Shown here piece by piece: positions 25,346 through 37,949 of a stretch of 64,000 bases of DNA. The position numbers were made by a program, and so were the translations under genes. Location: NCBI RefSeq assembly GCF_006345805.1, contig NC_042997.1:108004001-108068000 (forward strand), given 5' to 3'. The notes beneath the pieces were generated by a model that was given only the letters and a program-made list of their open reading frames with translations, did not search any database and was not told where the DNA came from. Numbering within the stretch: position 1 is the first letter of the stretch; every line of letters starts with the position of its first letter. The DNA comes from Octopus sinensis (lineage: Eukaryota).

Positions 25346-27174
25346 ATCATCATTTCATGTTTATCTTCCATGCTGGCATGGATTATGTACGTATGTATAT
25401 TTTGATTGTTGTCGTGTGTTTAAATGTCAGTGTGTATAATATTTAATGTGTGTAGTGTTAGTGGATTTCAGCTGCGTAAAATGTGGGTTGTGTGAATTGT
25501 TGGTTTGATGGTGTCTATTATTATTATTTTTGGTAGCTGCAGCTGGCCATATCAGTGGGACACTGGATGCGTGTCTTACAGTAGCATATGTGTTTATCTT
25601 CTGAGTCCAAATTTTGCTGGGGTTAATTCTTAACATGTAATACCAGTAATGTACTGGGGAGGGGGGAACTATACCACTCATTCCAAAATATCTGGTCAGA
25701 CACCAATCTATACTCGATACAACAGCCAACTGGTTACAGTGCAGGGGCAAATAATGGGTTGTGAATTTGTAGCTTTATGCTGCCTACATTTAACCAGGGG
25801 CATTTAAATATATAAATAAATAAAATATAAATATTAATCATAAAAAAGAAAATATTCCACCTTCCATATATGGCCATGCTAGCCATTTACATTGGTTGGA
25901 GCCAAGCTGACCATGGCTATTAAATAATACTGCAGAGTGAGGCTGAAGTTGTAAACTTTATGGACAATGTACTTGTCCACTTAGATTTTGGACATTATAT
26001 AATTATTCTTTAACACTGTCAGTGACATTATATAATTATTCTTTAGCACTGTCAGTGCTATTCTGGTTAAAGAATAATAAATTTTTACTCTAGCAAATGT
26101 ATTGAGTAGTCTTCAGTTTAATGTAAAATTGTTTTTATTATAAAAACCAAATGTGTGTGTGCTCAGTCTTTGCTGCTCAATTCAGGAACTGGACCCAATT
26201 CTTGAGACCATATTTTGCTTTGGAAGAAAAGTGTATTAGCTTTAGTAATGCTGCTCTGTGTGTGTGTATACGCACAGACAAAGAAGAGCAGATAGGTTCT
26301 ACTTAGTAGTAGTAGTACTACTACTACTATTACTGTTTGCTCTAATATGAGAATTCAATGAAAGTTATTTGTTGAGCAAAAGTTTATTGTTCAAAGTGGA
26401 CAGTTCAATACCTGCCAGTGGTCAGTAATTTCGTCCCCAGTAACAGGAATATATCCTCATCATCACCATCATCTTCATACTACATCTACTTTTTACTGCT
26501 GGCATGGATTAAACAGGTCCTCACGGCCCTCATCATCTAACACACACACACGCATACAAGTGCACACGGCAACAGAGGAAACTGGTCAACTTTGTTGCAT
26601 GTGGGTTACTGTGTAAACTGCAGATGGCTTATTGTGCCACCTTCGTGGCACAATACAGTGGCACAGTCTGTAGAGAGATGCTGCCAGATGAAAGCATCTT
26701 CTGTGCTCTGAATCTGTTCTTCTTTGGGAGTTGTTGTTCATGTAGATGGGTTGCCTGTTGGAGGACTTATGGAATCTATGTCTTGCCTGTATGGTCCATA
26801 TCTGGTATATATGCATGTATGCTTAGGAGTACAACACTTAATGTTCTGGGTTCAAATCCCAGAGACCAACTTTATGTTTTATCCTCAAAGAGTCCAAACA
26901 ATAAAGTAGCAATCAAGTACCAGGGTTAATTTGATTTAATCACTCCCCACCCTGGGCCTATGTAAGGAATTATTATTTATTATTATTATTTTTACATCAA
27001 GATGGTGGATTGGTGAATTTATCAGAAATTGAAAAGAAATGCAACATTGTATTTTCTCTGGTTCTTTACTTACTGAGTTCAAATCTCAGTTAACTTTGCT
27101 TTTCATCCCTCCAGGGTCAATAAAGTAAAATACCTCCCCTCAAAGTTACTGGCCTTGTTCCCAAATTACAAAAC

Positions 27175-27212
<38 letters not shown>

Positions 27213-27619
27213 ATATAGACCCTCTATTGGCTGTATTTTGTCTTACAGTCTGTTCTCTATGGCTGTGCCCTATTATATCTACAAAGGAATGATGAACATT
27301 TATATAAATATATCTTGTAATGATTCTGTATTGAAACAATCATAATAACAACTTTGCTGTTTGTGTAAGATGCCGTTGAACCTTATTTGTGTGTTGTTGT
27401 TGTTGTGTTACTTGTGATAACGAGTCTTATATTAGTTTGCATTGCAATGCCTCATTATGAATATATTGTCAGGAACAGGACATAACTGTCTGTCTAATTA
27501 TCTGCACACACACACACACTCACATGGAGATTTTCTTATACAAGACGTACATACATAGACACATATTTACACATACTGGAAACCCTTTAAGAACAAACAT
27601 ACACATGCCATCTCTCTCT

Positions 27620-28407
27620 GTCTCACATATATATGTGTGTGTGTGTGTGTGTGTGTATGATATATTATGTGATATATATATATGATATGTGTGTGATATA
27701 TATGTATGTGATATATATATATGTATGTGATATATATATATATATATATGTATATGATATACTAGCAGTATCGCCCGGCGTTGCTCGGGTTTGTAAGGGA
27801 AATAACTATAAAGCATTTTTAGAGAGTTATAGCCAAAAAATAGCAAAGAAATGGGAAAAAAAATGATGGTAAATTTTTTTTGATAGTTAAAAAGGTCGAG
27901 TTGCGTCCCCTAGACCATCTGTGGTTTGTCGACCCCAATTCGAATTTATCGATCTTTTTTAGAACTGGGGGAACTTTTCAAAATTTTCGCTGCGTTAGTT
28001 TTGAATTATGACATTGGGCTATGTGTGTGTCAAGTTTCATCAGAATCGGTTGAAAGCCGTGGTCAGAGTGAGGGTACAAGCAAACAGACACACAGAAACA
28101 CGCACAGACAAACTGCCGTTTATATAGAGAGAGATATGTATATGATATGTATATGATATATATGTATATGATATATATATATATATGTATATGATATATA
28201 TATATATAGTATATGATATATATATATATATATATATGTATATGATATATAATATATATATATGTATATGATATATATATATATATATATGTATATGATA
28301 TATATATATATATATATGTATATGACATATATATATGTATATGATATATATATATATGAGATATATATATATATGATATATATGATATATATATATATAT
28401 ATATATA

Positions 28408-28445
<38 letters not shown>

Positions 28446-29500
28446 ATATATATATATGATATATATATGTATATGATATATATATGTATATGATATATAT
28501 ATGTATATGATATATATATGTATATGATATATATATGTATATGATATATATATATGTATATGATATATATGTATATGATATATATGTATATATATATATA
28601 TGTATATGATATATATGTATATATATATATATGTATATGATATATATGTATATATATATATATGTATATGATATATATATATATGTATATGTATATGATA
28701 TATATATGTATATGATATATATATATATGTATATGTATATGATATATATATATGTATATGATATGTATATATGTATATGATATATATGTATATGTATATG
28801 ATATATGTATATGTATATGATATATATGATTGATTGATTCTAGTTTCAGCTTATGAGCTGTGGCCATGCTGGGGCATGATATGTATATGATATGTATATG
28901 ATATGTATATGATATATATATGTATATGATATATATGTATATGATATATATATGTATATAATATATATATATATATGCATATGATATATATATATATAGA
29001 TGTATGTATGTGATAGATATATATATATATACATGTATATATATATATATATATGATATATATACATGTATATACATATATGATATATACATGTATATAT
29101 ATATATATGATATATATACATGTATATATATATATGATATATATACATGTATATACATATATGATATATATACATGTATATATATATATATGATATATAT
29201 ACATGTATATATATATATATGATATATATACATGTATATATATATATATGATATATATACATGTATATATATATATATATGATATATATACATGTATATA
29301 TATATATATATGATATATATACATGTATATATATATATATATGATATATATACATGTATATATATATTGTGATATAGATATATGTGATATATATATATAT
29401 ATGATATATATACATGTATATATATATTGTGTTATAGATATATGTGATATATATATACATGTATATACATATTGTGAAATATATATATATAAAACTATAG
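27620..29500. repeat. Long compound TA-based microsatellite/minisatellite, containing a Helitron and a short SINE-tail fragment (28830-28878)
   Basis: Units gatatatatatgtat and gatatatatacatgtatatata. Confidence 0.9.
27743..28139 (-). mobile_element. Non-autonomous Helitron variant
   Basis: Same CTAG end, hairpin and ~110 bp as 13433, with a different 5' body ending in ...TTTATATAGAGAGAGAT (TC start on minus). Confidence 0.75.
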
Positions 29501-30525
29501 AAAAAAGCTACAGAAAATAATATATAGTAATATATGTATAAAAGATGGAAGGAACAAGCTTTAATTACAACAAATGTTGCTGTGCAATGAAACAAACATT
29601 TGTGATTTGTGATTAAAACCTGTTCATTCCATCTTCTTGTTTTATAAGTCTTTATATAAATTTTGTATACACTAACTTGTATATCCAGTAAAAGGGATAA
29701 TCCTATTGTATGATGGCATGTGTTAGCTGATAAGCTCATGTGTATTTCAAAGCTTCTTTATGGTTATTGCTTTGATGATATTAAATATATATGAACACAT
29801 CTTCATTCATTAATGATGATACTGTGTCTATAAATATACTTGCCAAAGCAAGAGTATATATCTTTACAGAAGATGTGACTCTCAGACATTGTACTGACAG
29901 AAAATGTGACATGTCTTGAAACCTTGACAGTTCAAATTCTGGCAAAGTATGGCCAACCAAAACGTCAATCAACCTCATTATAGATGTACGGTGAGATTGT
30001 ATAATTTCTGAATAGCAGAGTTATTAATTAAATGTGAGGTTTGATTATGAGGTATAGTTTTTAATTAAAGTTTTAAATTTGAAATTTAGAACACCTTTAC
30101 TAATGGTTTTTATAATGAGCTTAACAACTATACCTCCACCACCACCATCATCATGACCATCGTTAATGTTCATTTTTCTGTGCTTGCATGGGTCAGATGG
30201 AATATTTTTTTCTGGTTGGATGACCTTCGTGTCAACTCTCACCTTGTTTCCCCAAACCCAGAGAAGGTTTTTCAGGGAAGACAAAAAATGAACAGCATCA
30301 CTTGTATGACGCTGATGCTCATTTACAGCCATCAAGAAAAGGTTAGATGCACACACATACACACACCATGCAACAGGTTTCTTTTCAGTTTCTGCCTACC
30401 AAATCCAGCCACGAGTCTTTGGTTGGCCAGGGACCATCGTAAAAGACACTTGCCAAAGCTGTTGAGAACCCAAGATCACATGGCTGAGGAGCATGCCTCT
30501 TAAAGTACATTAGTTGCACCTGTGC

Positions 30526-30574
<49 letters not shown>

Positions 30575-33097
30575 CATGCATGTCTGTGTGTCTGCAAACA
30601 ATACTCAAATATTTGTTGTCTCTACCTGGATGTGATATGAAACCTGTATACAAAGGAATACACAAATGTGTGTGGTCATGGCTGAACGTTATATCAATGG
30701 TACCTAAATTATATTAAGCAAACCTAAATTATTCAAGATGCTTTATGTATATCTTTATTGTCACAGCAGTATATGTTTATATATATATATATATGTTTAT
30801 ATATAATGTATATGTTAATATATAATTAATCTTAGTACATTGTTAATGTTGTTGTTATTGAAAACGTCAAAATGGTGACATGTTGGAAGTGTTCCATGAT
30901 GTTTTGTATCAAAGAAAATCAGTGACTTTTTTTTCAGTACCAGTTTCCGTTGTTGTTTAAATTTGAAAGCTTGTTATTATTTTCGAATAAAATTGCTTGC
31001 TTCTTGTTAATCTTGTTTGTTTTAATGAGAAGAGAGAGAGGGAGAGAGAGAAACAGCAATTGAGGGTGAGGAGGGATTTCGGTATTTGGTAAGGTGTTGC
31101 TACTTTACATTGGGTTCCTTGTCAGGGCTCTTAACTCAGTACACTTGGCTGATGGCAGGTACCACACAGTCGTATAATTCTTGGCTTCTTTTCTTGAACA
31201 TGCCATTGACTTGCAACCCTGCATTCAATTTCTGGTGTGTGTGTGTGTGGGGGGGGGGCGCTATGATCTCCTACCGGGATTTTTTTTTTTTTCTTTTCCC
31301 AGAGAAATTATTCTAAAATAGAGGATCAACCACTTTTTCTGTATTGAGACTCTCTTAGACATCTTTTCAGAAATCAATATTTAGGTGAGGCTGTAATCTT
31401 ACGATACACCTAACTCGCCTGAAATGCTTCAAATCATATTGGTCTTCTTTTTTATCATAAATTGCATCTGTATCAAAAATATGTTTATATAATGAATTGA
31501 TATTCTTTTGCTTACGTTCTTGATGACTGATTGGAACCATTGTTAATGAGTTTCTTCTGCTTAATGATGTTTAAGTTGAAAGTAACGCCAAGAAATTCAT
31601 GTTGCACATATTTGTAGAAATGGTTATTTTTTACTCTTCAGACCACACACACTGTACTAAAATATTCTTGGTCCAAATGTTATTACTATGAGAATCATAT
31701 TCTGATGTTTTATTTGATCTACACCAATTTAATATATACCAATATTTTGTTACAGATATTTTATGAAATCCCGCTAAAATATCGACTAGATAACTTGTCA
31801 ATACATCGTCTGTTCATTGAAATTTAGCCATGAAAAGATGGAGGTCGAAATTAAGATGCTGATAAGTCTTATTCTGTGTTTATGTAGTGTATGGTCATTA
31901 GCAAATTGTACTAGGGTTAACCCATCGTCTCGATATACACCTCTAAATGTAAATTCTTTATGGCATCTAAGATGTAGACGCTGCCAAGAAAAGCCGATTG
32001 TCCAGTGTTAAGTGGTCCCAACTAATCTATGGGTTAAGCTGGAGTTGGGCCATGATATGAATTGTCATGACATCCGCTACATAGGAATATCAGCACCTGT
32101 TTTAAAACAGTGGGCATATGTGTGTGTAAAAATACAGTGACGAAATGTCTTCCTTTCGGTAAGAAAGATAAATGTAATATGGAATACTATTATTGAACAT
32201 TTTTGTCTTCAGAAAAATTATAGTATTTCTATGTTTAAAATTTATATAGTTTTTGTAACATAATGTATGTCTAAAATCTATTTTGCGTTTCTAATATACT
32301 TTTAAAACACAGCGATGCTCTGAAATAATTGTATTGATGTTATAACCCTTTGACATGCTGAAGGTCACTGTTTAATAAGTTTGGTTGCATGGCGTTCCAT
32401 AATGTTTTGGTTTGATAAAATACTTCAGATTTCTCTACACCAGAACACAAATATGTGTTGATTGCTTTATGAAGCGATCGTTTAATTAGCATTTCACACC
32501 TGCCTGATCAAAATTCCATATTACTTCGGCACCAGTAAAGGAAATGACACAACTATTGTCTAGTCGAAAAAAATTCGGTTAAAAATTAAAAAAAAATATT
32601 AAGAATAAGAATCATTTAGTACTATGAATATATTTGAAGCTAACCTCAACCATATTTCAAGCAGCAGGAAACGGTGTGGTTGTGCGAGGGCATGGCACAA
32701 ATTGAGTCAGCTAAAATGATTTGATGTTTGTCATGTCCCACCCCACGGACAAATTTACCTCTCAATCTCTAAGTCCAGTCGATTTTGGTTCCGTTTACCT
32801 TAACCGGATCTCTTCTATGTACAGTGGCGTCTGATTGATGGAGAAGCTAAATGGCCACTTGTTGCAACTGTTGTTAGTGTTTCAACGTCCACTTTTCCAC
32901 GAAATTCATTGGGAGTAGCTTCTTACGGCCGGATCCCGTTCCTGTCACCAACTCTTGTTTCCACTTAAGGTAATATTTTCTCGATGGTCAGACGTTTTTC
33001 ATAAGAAACTGGAAGGGATTAACATTACGAAAATGTTGTCAAGACAACGGGACACATAATCGCGCGTACATGATTACATTCATGCACAAATATATAT

Positions 33098-33970
33098 AAA
33101 GGGTGCGGTAAATAAATTGTCTAAATTACGCAAAAATGAAAATAATAGCTAACATCTCATTTTAACAGATATATTTACCAAAATTACATAAAAATATCTT
33201 AAAATACTAGAAAGTAAATTTATTCAATAAATTGCAGCTATTCTGGATGGTCTCCTTGTTTAAGTTGGTGAATGCTGCCATAATCCTTGCCTTCAGCTCA
33301 TCCTTGGTGTTACAAGGAGGTTTCTTGGTCTCTCGCTCAACCGCGCCCCACACCTAATAATCAAGGGTGTTGCAGTCTGGGGAGTTAGCTGGCCAGATGT
33401 TAGGGGTGGTGTGGTTGCAGAAATTGTCTGACAGCCATGACTGGGTTCTGCTTATGTGGCATGGTGCAGAGTCCTGTTATCAGACATAGGGTCGTCCAGC
33501 AGCCACCCACTTGACCCAGGGCAGTACTACCTCCTCCAGGCACTTGATGTAGGCCTCTGTGTTGAGTGTGAGGTTGTGTGAGAAGATGAATGGAAGCATA
33601 ATGTCGCCATCATTAGTGATCACTCCAAACACCATGATGTTGATTGGATGTTTGATTTTTATCATACTTAGTACATGTTTTGGGGGACATGATAAGCCAA
33701 TGGGTATTCTGTGTGTTCACCATCTGATCCTGGAGGAAATTTTTTTCTTCTGAGAAAAACCAAAGCATGTTCCATCGGAGGGGATGCTTGAGTTTGTTCA
33801 AAAGCTTCGAAGCGCGGTCTTTCCTTTTGCCCTCATTGGCGTGTGATAAAAATTGCCCCTTCTTCATCTTGTATGAGGAATACCGAATGTGTTATTTTCA
33901 TTTAAAACTTCGAGGCTCAACACTACATAAACACTCGCCAGTTACTCAACGCTCCTGCCGCTTATAATAA
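33098..33970 (-). mobile_element. Tc1/mariner transposon remnant, DD37D (maT)-like, 5'-truncated
   Basis: FFSEEKNF...MVFGVITNDG...QDSAPCH...WPANSPDCNTLDY*VWG, with stops and frameshifts. Probable 3' TIR gggtgcggtaaataaa after TA. Confidence 0.85.
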
Positions 33971-35127
33971 AGCTCAGTTCCCTTTCTGTTCCATATTTTA
34001 TCCTGAAAGAAAGAATGATGGCAACACCAAGTAGTCGGGGCTGTTGTTACTGTAATTCTCGGATCCCCTCTGTGTATTGATTCTGGTACTAATTCCTTAG
34101 ATTATGGTTTGTGACCAACTCAGTTGATATTACGATACTTTGGCTGTACCACATCAGCGCCGTTCTTTTCCGTTACTAACCGATCAATACTTTATTTATT
34201 ATCCACCTCCCCACCAATACTTTATTTATTTTCTCGTATATTCAGGACAGCAGGAACTAAGAAAACAAATATTTGTAGCCCCCTGTGCTGCGCCTTCTCT
34301 TTCAGCTGGGCCTATTTCTAGGGGAAAAATTCTAATTAAAATTATTCTATAAATATATTCTGATACGTTCAAAAATAGCAGCAACTTTCTGTTGTCGAAT
34401 TTGAGAAAAAAAAAAGAATCTTGAACAGGGAATTTCTTTTACGTATTTCTTTTCTTTTTTTTTGTGTCTGATTCGGGAAACAGAAGTAAAATAATCTGTT
34501 CTAATGATGCCAAACACCCTTCGGTCTTTATTTGGCCCACTGGCTAAAGGAATATGACATTAAGTACAAGACTGGTGGTTACAGAACTCAGTAGTAAGAA
34601 CTTGGCCTAAAATTTTGAACAGTTTCTCATTTTTGCTCCGTACTAAAAAAAAAAAAGATGACGGAAAGAATAGAAAGAATTTGAGGAATTTTTTCAATGT
34701 TAATGAAAGAAGGAAGATGGAATAACAGATCAAGGGGCCAAATAGGTTTGAGTTGTGCTCCTTAAATTTTGATTCGAAACCACATCCAGGTCAACATTAA
34801 AATTCTTTTCTACAGAAATAGAATAATTAAGTAATGGCATTGATTTATCGATTATACATGCTCGTCCCCCTCTCCCTACAACTGTGGACTTGTGTCTATA
34901 ATACGGATCAATAATGAAGAGAGCATATAGTAGGGGCATCGATCTCGGTGCTTAACTGGTACTTATTTTTATTGACGCCGCAGAGATGAAAGGCAAAGTC
35001 AACCTCGGCGGAATTTGAACTCAGAAGGTAAAGATGGACGAAATGCCGCTAAGTATTTCTCCCGGCGTGCTAACGATTCTATCAGCTTGCCACCTTAATA
35101 ATGATGAGGAGGAGGAGGAGGAGGACA

Positions 35128-35653
35128 ATAGTAAATGCTTTGATGCAGTACCAGGCAGTGGCTTCTGATTTTAACTGATTTGAAGTGTTATCATGTACAT
35201 TGTTTTGTCTTGGTATAAAAGATGGTCTACAGCAAATATTCTGCTCAATGCCACCGATTTGCTTGTCAGTTGTTTGACCTTAACCAGTTGAGCAAGTTCC
35301 TTGGGGGCTGACGATATGTGCATCTCTGATCACGAGCAGAAGTAGTGCGGGAACATCATAGCCATGTGTTGAGAGGGATTCTTCGGGGTTTGAATAATTC
35401 ACCTTTGGAAAGATGGTTGTTTTATTCAGTATCCTTAAAACGAATCTTATTCAGGGACCGTTTGGGTGGGATGGGCTAGGTCATGCAAGTTCATACGCTG
35501 TTTATCTTGATATGAGATCCCCATGCCTCGCACATGTGGTTGTGATGCATGTGCCTGGGGTACCCTTATCAGACGGGTAGTCACGATGGGTGTATTGGGC
35601 TTCGTGTATTTTACCCCAGTGTCACTTTGATGGCATGCTCTGCTCTCCCACTC
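35128..35653 (+). repeat. ~520-bp interspersed repeat ending in (AAT)n (copies at 52144-52481, 52710-53224, 54420-54520)
   Basis: Near-identical copies ending ...ggcatgctctgctctcactc(AAT)n. No ORF or tRNA head was recognised. Confidence 0.85.
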
Positions 35654-35852
35654 AATAATAATAATAATAATAATAACAATCAGGAAAGTATTAGATAGCT
35701 GAAAAGGACGAATAACATGGTACCGCAGACTTCAGGTAGTTAACCCGCAACGCATGCAAGACTCCGGGGGCTCCAACAAAACCTGTGATAAAGAGATGAT
35801 AATGATAATAATGATGATAACAACAACAACAACAATAATAATAATAATAACA

Positions 35853-36990
35853 GGAAAGTAGGCTGAATGGAAAAAACAATATCAGGACAATGAACCCATT
35901 GGCTGTTTCCTTGATGTGACATGGTGCAGATGTTGTTAGGTGGACAAAGAACGAGCTTGAGGAAATGGACAGGAAAACCAGAAAATTGATGACAATTAAC
36001 AAGGAACTACACCCCAAAAGCGATACTGACAGACTGTATGTGCCTAGGAAGAGGAGTGAAAGAGGCCTCATAGGATGTAAGTTCTGAGTTATAAACGAGA
36101 AGAACAGTCTGGGATGGTACATCAAACAGCAGAGTGACTCCTTGCTTGCTGCTGTTAGAATTAACACTACAATACCTACGGAAAATGTGATGAAACCACA
36201 AACATTTAAGAAACAAGATGAAGAAGAAAGAGCAAACAATTGGAAAATGAAATCACTGCACGAGTAATACCTCAGAGAATTCAAAGGATAAAAACAAGAT
36301 CAACTCTTGGAGAAGGCTAAGGAAAAGTGATCTGAAAGGGTGCACTGAGGCATTGATATGCAACGCCCAGGAACAAGCTCTAAGAACTAATTACACCAAG
36401 TTCCAAATAGATAAGAGGAGTGAATCACCCCTTTATAGGAAGTACGGTAGTAGAAACGAAACAATCTCACATATTGTGGGTGAGTGTAACAACCAGCTGG
36501 ACCAAAAAGCACTACAAAAGGAGGCACGATAGACATGGCTAAGCTCGTCCACTAGAGGCTATGTGAAAAGTACGGCCTGAACAGAGTACGAAAATGGTAC
36601 GAACATGAACCAGAAGACACTGAGAACAAGGAACATAAGATACTGTGGGGTTTTTCAATACAATGTGACTCGGAGATCATAGATATTGCAATACCTGGAG
36701 ATGCACACATAAGTGAAAAAAACCCAGAAAAGACTGATAAGTACAGACTACTAAAAGATAAAATTACAAGAACGTGGACTATGAGGAGAGAGTGTGTCAT
36801 TCCAGTTGTTGTAAGGAACTCAAAGCACTAACAACCAAGTTAGAGAAATATATCAGAGAAATCAGAATTGACATGAGAGCAGAGCAAGCCCAAAACAACT
36901 GCTCTGCTGGGGGACAGCTAGGATTTTTGAAGATTGGTACTTGGATGTTGAATGTCTTCTACGATAGTTAACAACCAAGTATCCAAGCTT
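35853..36990 (+). mobile_element. R4/Dong-clade (RLE) LINE fragment
   Basis: ELHPKSDTDRLYVPRKRSERGLIG and IDIAIPGD...KY RLE-region motifs, with many stops. Confidence 0.8.
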
Positions 36991-37949
36991 GTGTGTAGAA
37001 AGGGACCCTGTGAGAGCTCTGGTAGCAGGCTGCTGTCCGCTCTCACAGAATCTACCAGAGCAAACAAGACCAATTGCTCTGAGAAGTAAAACAACAACAA
37101 CAACAGCAACAACAACAACAACAACAACAATAATAAAACTGATAAAAACCCAGAAGATAAGCAACTGTCAATATTTACAAACGGCACAATTACGAAAACT
37201 AAATCATTGCAAAACCTATAAAAGAAAAAAAAAAAACAAATTCAACGGTGTAAATATCAATGTGTGTATGTGTGTGTGTGTGTGTGTGCATATAATTTTT
37301 TTCCATCAGCAATAAAAATAGAACAAGGTGAATTGGTTCTTTCCAAGGTCACCAAACCTATTGATCACTGTGATAGTAAACTCGTATTTGACCTCTGTTG
37401 TAAGGAGTGCACGGTCCTTCTGCTTTTTGATCGCACAAGAATGCGAAACCCCATCACTGAACTCCTTGTCACCAGCAGCTGAATCTATTTACAGACTGGT
37501 GGCATTTGGCTGTGTCTCCATGAAGCTGCTTCTCGTCTTCGTACTGTCTAGCCCCAGCCATCACGTATTTAAGATCATCTCAAGTATAAGGCAAAAGTCG
37601 AGGCTAAACAACATCTAATATCACAGTAGGAGGAGAAAAGCTGGCAGACTTAACCAAATTCTGCAGCAGCTAATAACGACGATGATGACAGTTACACTGA
37701 TGCAATGTCTACAAAGGTTGGCCGCAATGATACAGGCCATGGCGGTATTGGTGCTAACTAACGATAATCACTGCTGCTGTAATGGTAAGGTTGAAGTAAT
37801 TGTGACTGTAATAATGGCAGAGTCGACAATAGTGGCAGAGACAACAACCGTCTCTACATCTGTCACAATTCAGGGCTCAACACTAATAATTTTAATGTAG
37901 CACAAATAAGTCTTACGAGGTAAAAAGGAAAACTACAACAATACACCAA

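Noticed and set aside
27978-29739. Long Ile/Tyr-rich ORFs (294 and 297 aa)
   Set aside because: TA-based microsatellite artefacts. The same applies to the poly-I/L/M/E ORFs elsewhere.
21300-30000. Search for exons of a convergent gene (21.3, 24.1, 25.5, 26.6 and 29.9 kb)
   Set aside because: No frame gave a recognisable protein with consistent splice sites.
31817-32011. 64-aa ORF with a signal-peptide-like stretch and cysteines
   Set aside because: It is short, has no recognised homology and has no supporting exon structure.
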